Notes under the pieces: model-generated
The model's database searches: none
Seen by the model: only the letters and a program-made list of their open reading frames with translations
Told to the model about the DNA's origin: nothing
Origin: Camelus dromedarius
Lineage: Eukaryota
Direction of reading: 5' to 3'
Length of the DNA: 64,000 nucleotides
Assembly (NCBI RefSeq): GCF_036321535.1
Contig: NC_087436.1
Location: 7,998,001-8,062,000 of the forward strand
Program-made: the position numbers and the translations under genes
Shown here: positions 1 through 11,690 of the stretch, in pieces
Position numbering within the stretch: the first letter of the stretch is position 1
Layout: each line of letters begins with the position of its first letter

Positions 1-729
1 GGAAAGAAAACAAACCCAAAACAAAAATCCAAAATCCTCCCCATAGGCAGACATAAGGGTCTCAGACCTATGGAAAGAGGCAAAAAGGTACAGGGAACAA
101 CGATGTTTATCTCTTCTCACCAGAAGCATCTGACCCAAGATTCCTGCCCAGAGAAGAGGCTCAAGAATCCTTGTTTTCTCTAGAAGAATTATTAAAAGGT
201 AAATCATTATCAAAACAGGGAAATCAAATTTTCTATTTGTCATGATCAGTGGAATATTTATTATTTACGTAAGTAATTCTGATGGGTGCATGTAAAGTCC
301 TTTACATTTTACATATGATGTCATTATTATAAATTCATACTTATTTACAAATGATATCATTATACTTATAATAATTATATTATTATATATTCATGTTATT
401 ATATTGAATCCAAGAGCAGCCAGGTCTCATTTTAAATATATTTGTTGCTCTTAGAAGGAAAAAATAAGTCTATATTTAAGTTAAAAAATTAGTACAAAAA
501 TATCATGATAAACTTCTTGATTCATTAATCTGCCACACTGGTGGTACTATCTCTAAATTAAATGTAGACCTATGTGTGTTAAACATATGTGATATTGATA
601 ATCTTGTTATGTCATGCAGATATAATCTGAGAAATCCAGCTAAAACTCAAATTCATTCTCACACCATTTTCACCCAATGTTTATATTCTGTTTGATGCAA
701 TCATTGTTTACATATGAATAGATTTATTC

Positions 730-890
730 AATTTCATCCTTGGGAGGTGAACTTATATTACTGCCCCTTCTAAAAGGAAAGGAAACAAAGGTATTTGGAA
801 ATTCAATGACTTCAGCGTATTTACACAGCTAGTCAGTAGTGAAGTTAAGTTTGGCTTTCTTGACATAGCCAAGCACACCTCACGCTGCGC
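730..890 (-). mobile_element. MIR SINE fragment
   Basis: Reverse-complement MIR core: GGAGGTGAACTTATATTACTGCCCC...GGAAAC...ACACAGCTAGTCAGTAG. Confidence 0.6.
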
Positions 891-1829
891 CTGGACTTAC
901 ATGGCTTATCGTCGTCTTAACATACATCTTATAATCTGTACAACAGCTTTATCCAAAATAAAAGTATATTTTCTAAGTGTTGCATATAACTATCAGTCAT
1001 CTATTCGTTTATCTCTTCTATAAGACTATTTATCAATCTGTCTATGAGCAATCTATTCCTTATCTTAGAAAGATACAGGTCACTCTCATAACTACTGATT
1101 TAAAATAATCTGTTGTTCATTTCTCAGGCTCAAAGTAGAAAAATCAAATTCTCCTAATCATTCTAGTCATCCTTGCTTTGATTTTAGTTTATGGAAAGAA
1201 AGCATACTTGATGACTTGCCATGCATCTCACTATTATTTCAATTTTAAATGTAATGACTCTTCTCTCAGTGCCTTAAACAATAAAGAAAGTAATGAAACA
1301 TCCTGCATATGTTTATATCTTGAAAAGGTGTTACTTTCATATTGACTTTTAAGGAATGACATTGTGTATGGTATATATTTACCTGACAGAGTTGACAGAT
1401 TACTAGAGAAACTGTAATGTGAAAAAATAACTGTGGTCAATATAACTCTGTAAAAATGAATGCACGTTCTTTAAGTTTACCAAAGAGCTTCCAATACCAG
1501 TGAACAATAATACAATAAGTAAGATTAAATTTCAGGTTGCTTAAAATAAATATTTAATTTTCCCCTTAGTAAAATTATAAAACGAGCATAGTTTGACAAT
1601 ATATAGGAAGGTGCAGACAGGATAATTATAATAAAAAAGACTTCTCTCTTATAAGTATATTGTTTAATCCTCCATTTTAGGTTGCCATATTTTTCTTTTT
1701 GGCTGTGTTCTAATTTTAAATTTTGTGTCATCTACGTCAACAGTTGACTTACTCTAATCAATATAGCAGAGGAAGCTATTTAGATTGAAATTTTTATCAA
1801 TTATGTTGACGTGATCTCCTTTTATATAG

Positions 1830-2337
1830 TGTTACTTGGTTGCCACAAAACCCGCGTCTTGCGCACCGAAAGCCAGATTGAGACTTGGAGGCAGAGTTTG
1901 GGGAGAAAAACAATAGTCATATTGCTTTGCCAGGGAACGGGGAGTCACAGGAGACTCATGCCTTGGTGACTGTGAATCCACCCTGGGGTTGGGGTCTTGA
2001 AGTTTTATAGAAAACTGGCTGGAACAGAAAAGGTGGTAACAATCAGGGCACTTTACAGGGTACTGCTACGTTCCTCCTAACCCGGATGAACCCTTCTGGC
2101 GTCATGGCGGAACAGTGGAGGGTCTGTCTACTCTTGTGAGATTATTGGCCCATCACCTTCTTCCTGGAGCAGAGCCTCTGGGCTAAGACTATTATAAAAC
2201 ATGTCAGGGAGAGGCTTGGGGGCTGCTTAGCACAAGAGCAGTAAGGGAGAGGGAGCAAATTGCAGAACTTCGCAGTCAGAAAAAAATCAGCAAACAGTTT
2301 CAGCATCAGAAGAATTAGTTCCTTTCCTATTCCTTCA
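1830..2337 (-). mobile_element. ERV1-class LTR (type A), 3' LTR of the mosaic proviral locus
   Basis: TG...CA termini; ~2135-2337 is repeated at ~6122-6327, both ending CCTTTCCTATTCCTTCA; retroviral env and pro remnants lie next to it. Confidence 0.85.
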
Positions 2338-2429
2338 AATCTGCACTGTTAGTTCATTCCTTCCATTTGTATGGAAATAGGGAAATGGACATCATTCTCC
2401 CCTAGCTGTTTCCTGATGACTTTGGGGTG

Positions 2430-2800
2430 ACGTCTGGGCACCTTTAAATGAAAGGAACGAACATGATCATGCCAATTATTGGGGGTTTTGAAAGAATTAC
2501 AGCAGGAATTGAAAGATTTCTAAAAAGACAGATCAAAGGCTTTGAGAGCCCCAAGGAAAACAGACCTGAACACCAGCTGGATAGTTTGGTGTTCACTTCT
2601 GATGCCTAGGCCTCTGCGTCTCCTTTTCCTGAATCTGAGATCTCATCGTTTAAAAGTGAAGTTACATTTCTAGGCTCACCAGCTATAAAAGTGCAACAGG
2701 CAGTGTGCATCACAGCACAGGACCCCCCTGTGAGGCAATTGACACATTGAGGCCATGCAGTTTTGTAACGCTGTGTTTCACGTTAACGTCTGCAGTGTTG
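2430..2800 (-). pseudogene. env: Degenerate retroviral env TM remnant (ISD-like segment and CX6CC)
   Basis: Minus-strand 2685-2771 translates as ALQNCMA/frameshift/NVSIASQGGSCAVMHTACCTFI, matching the gamma-type LQNRxxLD..GGxCx6CC pattern. Confidence 0.8.
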
Positions 2801-2849
2801 GGACTGCCCAGTTACCCCCAGCACAGGTCTTGCGTAAATAGGTGAATTT

Positions 2850-2990
2850 ACAACTTAGAGCAGAGTAGGTGGCTCCAGTGTCCAGTAAGAAACCCATTAA
2901 TTGAGACCCCACTGTTGACTGTACCCAGGGCTCCTGAGAAGCTATAGTTACTGAGTCCCTAAGACTGCCAGGAACCCTGGGCCCCTTTGT
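2850..2990 (-). pseudogene. pro: Retroviral aspartic protease N-terminal remnant
   Basis: Minus-strand translation GPRVPGSLRDSVTIASQEPWVQSTVGSQLMGFLLDTGATYSAL contains the catalytic D-T-G motif. Confidence 0.85.
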
Positions 2991-3449
2991 TTACTGTCAT
3001 TGTTCATGTGTCTCCCCAGGTGGCCACACCATCTCAGGAAGGCTCATCACTTTGGGGAGACTTACAGCCAGGCGGCCAGTTGTCTGATGCTAACTCCTGA
3101 GTAGTATTTACATACACGTAATGGGAGCTATTGACCGCTACACATAGGTCTTTCTTTTTTTGCTAATATCTGGCTTAAAGCAATTTCATGGTTTAGAAAC
3201 TTAATAATTATAACAGAAGACCTTGAAAGCTTAAGCTTTTGCAGCTTCAAGTTGCCCGCAGACACTGCTTTAAGAATGGTGGCAACCCAAGTCTGACACA
3301 GCCCAGAAAACTCAGGTTTTCAGCAGTCCAGAAACTTGTCTTGTATTGCGTCTACAGTGGTCTCCTAGTTTCCCCTTAGATGTCTGAACTACAGTGATTT
3401 CATTTAGATTTTCAAATTTATTTCTCTCCTTAATGGCCAAAGCAGGTAT

Positions 3450-3695
3450 CACCGTAAATGATTTTAATACTTTTCTAGATACGAGAAGATGCAAGAATTT
3501 ATGCTTATAAAATCTTCTCCTGAAAATATCTATCTCTCTGAAGACTTGTTCCACCGGTTTTTTCCAGAGCACAGAGTGCCTCTGTCCTGATCTCCACCCT
3601 GAGTTCCTTTCAGGGTGCACTGAAGGTCAGCAACTGTAGTGACTCATGACTTCATCCTTGTAGAGGCAGGTGGCAAGTGTCAATCCTAACTGCCA
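3450..3695 (-). mobile_element. Partial ERV1 LTR (U3 portion, MER41-like family) inside the proviral locus
   Basis: Colinear with ~19060-19295 of the solo LTR in this window (ATGATTTTA..CTTTTCTA..AGATGCAA..GAAAATATCTATCT..TTTTTCCAGAGCAC.GAGTGCCTC). Confidence 0.8.
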
Positions 3696-4029
3696 GGGTT
3701 CCCCATAATCACAAATTCGACCATGGTGTAGGGGACATTTCATGACCATTTCATCCCACAGTGCTAGGCATGCTCATTGCTGGGTCAGGTCAGGACTTCA
3801 CGGATAGGCCACTCAATTGCTATTTTTGGACTAGGCTTTATTAATAGTAGCCGAGTATCTCTGGACCACCTGTCCTACTAGTCTGTTATGGTCCAGGAAA
3901 ATATTCCCTCTTGTTGCTTCTTCCCATATTTAGAGTTACACCATTATAATCATAAATCTCCTGTAAAACTGTCTGTCTGGTTAACTGCTTCAACTTGCCT
4001 GGTCTTCATTTTATCAGAGGCTCAGTCAC

Positions 4030-4720
4030 ACATCTAGGAGTGCAAGAAATAATTTTGTAAAATAGGCAATATGCAAATAATATAACTAACAGTATAATAA
4101 GGTCATAAATAGGAAATTAAGTTAAGAACTTCCATTAGGTGCAGCCCAGTGTATCCCCAGGTTGTCTGACTGAGTCTGTTCTACACCAGTCCTCATCTTC
4201 TAAGGGAAATTATACATCGACATTGTCTATAAGGCACCCAGCCCAATTTCCTAGTGTTATCAGGCTGGTTACCCTTAGTATGACCTAATTTTTCCCAGCA
4301 TAAGTGTGCCTTTAAACGTAAGTGTAGTGTTAACCATTTAAGTCCATCCCACAGTTGAGAGAGATTATATTCTTTGGCTGAAATTTTCTCATTGCTCTGA
4401 CTGAGCTTGAGTGACTTTAGAGAAAAAGTCACATTTATAGCCAGGGTCAGAGCAGGTAATATTAATTGACAAAATGAGGGAATCCCACCTAGTAATATCA
4501 TTAGTGGCCTGAACAGAACGATACATTTTTTTAATGGCTATCCAATTAGAAACTTGAGGTGGAGAAATCCATCAAGATTATCCAGAAGTACCGATAGAGG
4601 TAATTGATCATAAACCTGGTTATTGGGTTAACTTTAACTCTGCACAGGGTTGTGAAATACATTTTGTTCATAAGCAAAGGTGTGAGCAATTAAAGGAATT
4701 GCTATACAGGCCTGAACTGG
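4030..4720 (-). pseudogene. env: Degenerate env SU remnant and probable membrane-anchor remnant
   Basis: Minus-strand AYEQNVF...QLPLS..TSG..WISP..SNWIA, ORF 4193-4501 (WDGLKWL..LCWEK..LGWVPYRQC) and a hydrophobic stretch at ~4030-4130; lies downstream of integrase. Confidence 0.55.
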
Positions 4721-4839
4721 TGTCTTGGGTCAGCTCTCTACCTCAGATGAAGTCCTTTTCTCAAAGTCTCAAAGACTACCTGGTCTGGTAGCTTCTCCCT
4801 TGAGCATTGCTCTAACGTGATTTTGAGGTTAGTAGCCCT

Positions 4840-4990
4840 CTCCATAGGCCAGTCCAAAGCAGGGGCCATTTCTGAGTGGAAGTTAATCCAAGAGTCAATT
4901 TCCATCAGTTTCACCATGCATGAGCTAGTTAAGACTTCCTTCCATCTAGGTTGGAGATAGTCCTTAAATTATGTCATTTCCAGTGTGACC
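4840..4990 (-). pseudogene. pol: Retroviral integrase C-terminal remnant
   Basis: Minus-strand KDYLQPRWKEVLTSSCMVKLMEIDSWINF resembles the gamma-type LQPRWKGPYxVLLT..AVKLxGIDSWIH. Confidence 0.75.
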
Positions 4991-5009
4991 CTACAACAAA
5001 TCTTTTGGT

Positions 5010-5800
5010 TGTAGGTCATGGGGCACCAGATTTTCATCCAAAGACAGAATACTGAGCTTCAAAAACAAACTTGGAGTTCTTTTAATAATTCAGTTAAACT
5101 TTTCAACAACGTAACAGCAAGTAATGATGTAGGAAGTGAGTCTTGGTAGTTACAGACCTAAATTAACAAAACTAGAATTTAATAGCCACTGAAACACAAT
5201 CTTTTTTTCCATAATTACCCTCATTTTAATCAAATATAGCCAAATAAAGAGTTCTCCTTTTTTGTTTTTTTGAGGTCCCCAAAATACTCTGAGATTTTTG
5301 CACTTGTTAGAAGGTGGTCGTCTTAATTTCCCTGTTAAAGGTGGTAGGAACCTAAGAATTTCCAGTCTCTGGAGGGGTCAGGTAGAGACACAAAGATAAA
5401 TGTTTCAATTCTGCTTACAAAGGCATAGTCTACCAAATTGCTATGAGTCATAATTAGCTTGAGGAGGTTTTGTTTTGTTTTGCAATATTTGGAAAACACA
5501 GATTAAAAGCCAATATTTCAGACAAAATAAAAAGTTATAACCATAATCACCAGTTTACTCATTCCCATGTAACTAATCCTTTTTTTGCTGTTGTTAACAA
5601 TTTTATGAATTCAGAGTTTCCATCAGACCTTTTAAATGTCTTACCCAGTTCAGCATGATTTAAAAGTTATCAGAAACTTATACTTGTCAAAAAGTCCTTT
5701 TTATAAACTGAAGAGGAAGCAGTTTGCAAAAGCAACAGAATAAAATAATAACTGCCTATAAATGACAAAAGTCTTAAAAGCATAGTTAAACACCTGGTTC
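5010..5800 (-). mobile_element. AT-rich non-coding ERV1 (MER4-group-like) internal sequence
   Basis: Reverse complement of ~5635-5700 (GGACTTTTTGACAAGTATAAGTTTC..TTTTAAATCATGCTGA) matches ~29755-29815 in the second provirus. Confidence 0.65.
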
Positions 5801-5803
5801 CAC

Positions 5804-6114
5804 TGTAATCAGTAAAGAAACCTTTTGGGCAGACTTTTACTCATGAAGCACAAAGAGAACCTAAGGGAGGGGGCTCACACTGTAATGTTAATTACATTAT
5901 AATTAGCATTGGGTCAAGTTATGCCAGGTCCTTCTTTTGTGCGCAGCTGCTGCGTTTTGATTTTAACTGGCTTCTTTTGCTGGCCCTCATTCAGAGAAAG
6001 TAAAAGTTTCTGGAGTTCCTTATCCTGAGTGCATATGCACTGCTGTTTTCTGAGTTGTTCCTTTCCCCTTCCTCTCCCCCTGCCCAGTGCTCATTTCTAT
6101 CTAACTGCCTAACA
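5804..6114 (-). mobile_element. ERV1-class LTR or LTR fragment (type B)
   Basis: Ends CTATCTAACTGCCTAACA (TGTTAGGCAG on minus); shares a GGGGC..TG.TAATTA....T.AGCA.TGGGTCA core with the LTR at 43288. Confidence 0.5.
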
Positions 6115-6327
6115 TTTCCATTCTTACGAGATTATGAGCCCATTACCTTCTTCCTGGAGCACAGCCTCTGGGTTAAGACTATTGTAAAGGATGTCAGGGA
6201 TAGATCTTGGGGGCTGCTTAGCGCAAGAGCAGTAAGGGAGAGAGAGAGAATTGCAGGATTTCTTAGTCAGAAAGAATCAGCAAACAGTTTTAGCATCAGG
6301 GGAGTTAGTTCCTTTCCTATTCCTTCA
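6115..6327 (-). mobile_element. Truncated copy of LTR type A (5' LTR remnant)
   Basis: Direct, diverged repeat of ~2135-2337. Confidence 0.85.
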
Positions 6328-7679
6328 ATGTCAAATCTTTCTCTTCAGAATATAAGATATTTATTGTAAGTAAAATATGTGGGGAAATTATTTAATATTT
6401 TGCAAGACAATTTAATCAGTGCCTTTGTGATACTTTTTCAAAATCAGCAAAACCGGTAGTAAAATAAGTGTAATTTAACTTACAATTCAGTATATTCATC
6501 AGATCAGAAATTTCATTATGTTTTCTCATTTTTACATGGATTTTTAGGCTGAATTCCTTCTTCATACTCAGGATCTTGTTGACTTCCTCAATATTATGGA
6601 ATCACTTTTCTTCTGTGATGGACATTTCCACCACCGCTTTGCAATAAAGAAAATTCCCAGATGTCAAACAGCAAGTTTTTCACCACCACCCCAAACCCCA
6701 GTGGTGATCACAAGTAAAGGCAAGATATTCAGTCAAAATTTGTAGTCAGTAGTTTTAATTTTAAGGATTAAACACTTCAGATATAGTAACAATAGTATTG
6801 CCTTGACCACAGTGATGACTTCTGTGTGCCTTTAGACTTAACATCAAAATGTGTTATTATTCTCTGAAAAAGAAGGTACTATTTTGAAATAGTGTTATGA
6901 AGACTACAACCACAAAAACAGAAACAAAAGCAGTGCCCTGGCAGAAAGAGCTCATGGTTGGAAGCTGAAAGCATGGATATGAATTATTCTCTTAGTCCTG
7001 AGTTTTAATTGCTTAGAAAGTAAGTTTCTTACTTACCACACAAAATTTGACTAGATTTAAAAAAAAAATTCTTTTCAAAATGTAATGTGCCTGCAAATTT
7101 AATATTTGGAATATTAAAATGCAAATGCTGCTTCCCTAGTGTTGGGTGGAGGGAGATACTGCATTTCCAGGAAGTGCCCTGGTGATACTGTTTTGCAGGT
7201 TCACAACTGTAATGCAGCATTCCTCAAATTGTAAAGTTTTTTTTTTAATTGCTATTTGATGACTTAGATTTAGTTTATCTTAAGGTAACAAAGAAACATT
7301 CCACTTACAGAATTCTTTTTTTTTTTTTTTGTAATATATAGAAATACCTGTAGTCTGAAGGATAGTGAGTGAAAAAAAAACTGTCGTAGGTTTCTAACAA
7401 GGCTAAAGAAGAAAACCATTTCTGGGTTTTAAAATATTAGTTTACAGACAAATATATAATAAGTAAGTAATTACAATTTTATTTTAGTCTATAGATTGAT
7501 GTCATGTAGGAAAGCTTGTAAAATATCTGTACACATACATACATATTCAGTTATATATTAAAATATAGAACATGCATTATAAAAAAAAAAGTGGCCAATC
7601 AAATTTGCCATCTAAGGACTTTTTCAGATATTCCATGAATCTGTGAACCCAACCTTTCTGTCTTCGTCCCTCACCTACT

Positions 7680-8206
7680 GTTGGAGCTGCCTATTGCTCC
7701 TGCTACAAAGTATGACAAATTTAGTGTCTTAAAACACACAAAGTTCTGGACGTCACAAATCTAAAATGGACGTACCAGGATGGCATTCCTCCTGGACACT
7801 TTATAGGAAAATCTATTTCCTTGTCTTGTGTGTGTGTGTGTGTGTGCGTGCCCGTGCATGTGCGTGCACGTGCGTGTGTGTGCACGCGTGTGTGTGTTAG
7901 AGGCATTCTACAGTGTTTGGCTTGTGACCTCTTCCTACATCTTCAAAGCCAGCAGTGAGAAATCTTCAAATTTCCCCATAACTTGTTCCTCCTTTTCTTT
8001 CAGTGCATCACCTCAGTTTAACACTGGTCCTCCTTATAACAACTCCTGTGATTCCTTTGTGCCCATCCAGAGCGCTCAAGATAAACTCCCCAAGTCAAGG
8101 TCTTTATTCAAAATTTGCAAAGACTCTTTTAACACGTAGGGTAACATAGTCTGCTTCTGAGGATTAGGAATGACTGTCTCTTGGGACCATTATTCAGCCC
8201 ACGATA
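7680..8206 (-). mobile_element. MaLR MLT1-type LTR
   Basis: ACAAATTTAGTGTCTTAAAACAC..AGTTCTGGA..ATCTTCAAAGCCAGCA..GGATTAGGA..CCATTATTCAGCC are MLT1 reverse-strand motifs. Confidence 0.75.
7827..7897. repeat. (TG)n/(CG) alternating purine-pyrimidine microsatellite
   Basis: Seen directly. Confidence 0.95.
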
Positions 8207-8349
8207 CTCACTAGATTTACCGGTGTTTTGGTGGAAATAATTCATCGTGAAACCTTTCAGCTGGAAAACTTCATCATGGCTCTCAATCTATTGTCATCTT
8301 CTGCAATTGCTGTAAATATTTTACCTTTGGTCACCTGTCTATTTATTAA

Positions 8350-8810
8350 TGCAGTCTGCATAATTTATTGAGCACCTATTATATGCCAGGTTCTGTGCTT
8401 GTGAGCTGGGGGCACACAATGGCAAACCAAACCGACATCATGCTTCATTCAGCAAATGCTTATTAAGTGCTTCCTTTTGCTAGTCACTGCTCCAGTTGCT
8501 GGAAACACAGAAGTGATCAAGAGAATAAGATTCCTTTTCATGTCATTACAATGTGGTAAAATAGACAGATGAAAGAGAAATAAATGAGGAATTTGTCAGA
8601 GTGAAGTCTTCTGCAAAAATAGTTAAAATATGATGAGATGTCATAGATATTTACCATATAGTCATTTCTTAGTGCATTAGCAGGGAATGATTCCCTGAGC
8701 AGCTGACATTTAAGCTAAGAAAAGGATAACATTAATGACGCAGCCATGCAAATATCATGTTTCAAACAAAGGAGGCGGCTATTGCAAAACCCTTCAGGGA
8801 AAAGACGTTG
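8350..8810 (-). mobile_element. Two tandem L2 3'-end fragments
   Basis: ATTTATTGAGCACCTATTATATGCCAGG at ~8363 and TTCATTCAGCAAATGCTTATTAAGTGC at ~8444. Confidence 0.7.
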
Positions 8811-9047
8811 ACATTTTCCTCCTAAGCACCAAAGAACGTGAAATGTAATGTCGCTTTAAGTAAATACAGTGAGTGACATGAATGAGGATGTGTCCAGATC
8901 AGAGGGAGCACCCAAACCTGTCAGTGAGTCTCTCTCACCTGGGTTCGCATTGCTGTACTGCTGTCTCTCACCTCCCGCGTTCCACTCAGCCTTTGCACTG
9001 TGTCTAAACAGTTGCCTTCCCCACCGGTTCAGATTTTATGACCTTAT

Positions 9048-9580
9048 TGTTACTGAGTACTACCTGCCACATGACAGGCCAATACCTCAAGACACAGGTG
9101 TTAAGGCAAGGAGTAGCAACTTTTTTCAGAAAGCCAGCAGACCAAGAAGATGAAGGACTAATGTCCCAAAGAACCATCTTACCCAAGTTACAATTCAGGC
9201 TTCTTTTATACTAGAAGGGGAGGGGTGTGGCTGGTTATTGCAAACTTCTTGGTGCCAACCAGACCCCAGAGGGGATGTGATAATCCCTTCTTCTTGCAGC
9301 TGTCTGTGTAGGTCACAATATTCCTGTAAACCTCCAATAAGACAAATGTTATTCTCTGTTTTGTAACTTTTTATCTCTTTATGAATGAAAAACAGTACCT
9401 TTAAAGTCAAGCCTGGAGGCAGAGCCTTCAGAAAGGGCTCTCATGAATATTTCAGAGTCAAGGCAACATTCTTTCACAAAAGGTGCAGAACCAGCATGAC
9501 TGAGCACAGGAAACAGAGCATGGGGTTAGAGCCAAAGAAATAGATTCAATATGGAGTCAAGATTGTTCTTCTCAGATGCA
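9048..9580 (-). mobile_element. ERV1 solo LTR (same family as 25390-25870)
   Basis: TGTTACTGAGT...CA termini; colinear along its length with 25390-25870. Confidence 0.85.
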
Positions 9581-9658
9581 ATGCCATCCCTCTTTTATCT
9601 TTCTCAATATCCATCACCAATTTCTCAACTCTTTTAATAAGCTACCACCCTATCCCTA

Positions 9659-10638
9659 TGTTATGTGTTGAATTGAGTCCCCCCAAATTTATACATTGAA
9701 TTCCTAAGCCCCAGTACTGCACAATGTAACTTTATTTGGAAATAGGTAGCACATGCAATTATTTAAGATGAGCTCTTCAGTTTGGGCCTTAATCCAATGT
9801 GACTGTGCCCTTATAAAATGGGAAATTTGGACACAGAAGCATGTATGTATAGAGAATGCCATATGAAGAGAGAGAGACAGGCACAGAAGAAAGGCTATGT
9901 GAAGACACGGGGAAAGCACTGATAAATGTTAATGTAGGGAGGTATGGAGAAGTCATTCTGGCTCATATAGGAGTTAATTTGAATTTTATGCTAACTAAAA
10001 CAGCTTGTTCGTGGCCTTTCAAGCATCCATCGTACATCTGCTTTAATTTTTAAAGGAAGGGCTGCACTGACTACAAGTAAAGAAGGTCCACATTGAAAAT
10101 AAAGACCAAATACCCCTCTTCCTGGGACACCAATGCTGGTCCCTCTTCAACAGGAAGACTCCTTTCCCGGGTGCCAAGGGACTACCGACTCACTATGTAT
10201 GTGCTGATCTGTTGGTTTTTTTTTTTTTTTTTTTTTTTTTCTTTTAAATCTTGAAGGACTATATCCTTGCCTTGTTTGAGGTTCTTTGTTCTGACAAGAT
10301 GTAAAATTGCTGAAAACCATGCTTCTCTAGGAGACTGTCTTCTGGGTGATAGTCCACAGTTTGGCTCAAATAAAACTCTTTTCCATTCCTATTATAGATT
10401 GTTTATTGAGTATTTTTCTCAACAGCACCATGTGTAAGCTATGAAATGCCTGAGGGTACCAGAAGCTTGGAAAGGGGCCTGGTACAGACCCTTCCCTAGA
10501 AAGTTCAGAGGGAGCTTGGTCCTCTGATAACTTGATTTTGAATGTCTGTCCTCCAAAGCCATGTGTTAATAAATTCTGCTGTTCTCAGTCACTCAGTTTG
10601 TGATACTTTGTTATAGAAGTCCTGGGACTCTTAATAAC
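9659..10638 (+). mobile_element. MaLR MLT1A/B-type LTR, split by an insertion at 9920-10424
   Basis: Starts TGTTATGTGTTGAATTGAGTCCCCCCAAAT; has ATTTGGAAATAGG, AATAAATTCTGCTGTT and GTTTGTGATACTTTGTTATAG. Confidence 0.85.
9920..10424 (+). mobile_element. ERV1 solo LTR (MER41-like group) nested in MLT1
   Basis: TG...CA termini, AATAAA at ~10369, perfect 4-bp TSD GCAC (9916-9919 / 10425-10428). Confidence 0.9.
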
Positions 10639-11019
10639 CTCATGGTGTTTCAGTCCATCACCCACGTCTACATACCCCTGGCCTTGTTAAACTTAGAACT
10701 GTCGAATTATATGAAATCTGAAATTTGAACTTTGAACTCACTGACTACAGCTTCTTAGGATTCCAGCATTTAGCTTGGCTCCTCTGAACCTTTTCTTGGA
10801 CCAGACTCAACGCATTGATTTCTTCCCAATGTTAAGTTCCTTCCCCCTACAGTCAATTGCCCATACCCCTTAGTTTTAACCATGCCTTTTCTAACAATTT
10901 CAATTTCTTTCTCTTCATATTCTCTTGCTCTTTTTTCATTTGTTTTTAGTGCTCCTTTACTTAAATGCTGAGTAGAGCATGGAGAAAAACCACATAAGCT
11001 TGGATAATTTTTGTCTACA

Positions 11020-11690
11020 GCTTTTTAAATTTTATTTTAGGTAAAATGTAAATACAGTGAGAAGCATAAATCCTATGCATACAATTTGCCAAGTTTTGAC
11101 AAGTGCATTCGCTCATGTAGCCCATATCCTAATCAAAACATAAATATATTTAAAAACTCGAAGTGTTTCCTTTGTCGTACTTCTTTTTCAACAGCCAAAA
11201 CCTAGTCACCCGGAGGTCACCAGATACTGTTTTGTTTCCAGCAGTTTACTTTCCCATGAAGAAAGAGAAATCAAAGTCATATATATTGTGTATATCACTA
11301 GCTCAGTCCTTTTTATGCTGACTATTAGTCCATTGTATAAACAGGAAATAATTTGAGGCATATTTTGTTGTTTCCAGGTCTGGTTTGATGAACAAAGTTT
11401 TTATGGACGTTCTGTGTACACACGCCTCTGTATAGACATATGTTTTCATTATTGTTGGGTAAATAGGAATACAATTGCTGTGTAGTAAGGTAAGTGGGTT
11501 TTCAACTTTATAAGAAACGTCTACATCTTTTCCAAAGAAATTGCAGTATTTTACATTATCACTAGCAATAGACAAGAGTTACAGTTGCTCTACATTCTTG
11601 CAAACGCTTGGTGTTTTCAGTCTTTATGAAGTTAGGTATTTTAGTGGGTGTACATTGGTATGTCATTGTGATTCTCATGTATAAATCTGA
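11020..11690 (-). mobile_element. Old L1M 3' region
   Basis: AGTTTTGACAAGTGCAT..TTTCCAGGTCTGG..ACATATGTTTTCATT..GGGTAAATA..TTTTCCAAAG..TTTTACATT are L1M 3' motifs. Confidence 0.75.

Noticed and set aside
4193..4501. Possible domesticated env (syncytin-like) gene
   Set aside because: Only 102 codons are open, the adjacent env sequence has stops and frameshifts, and the ISD-bearing TM piece is separate and frameshifted.
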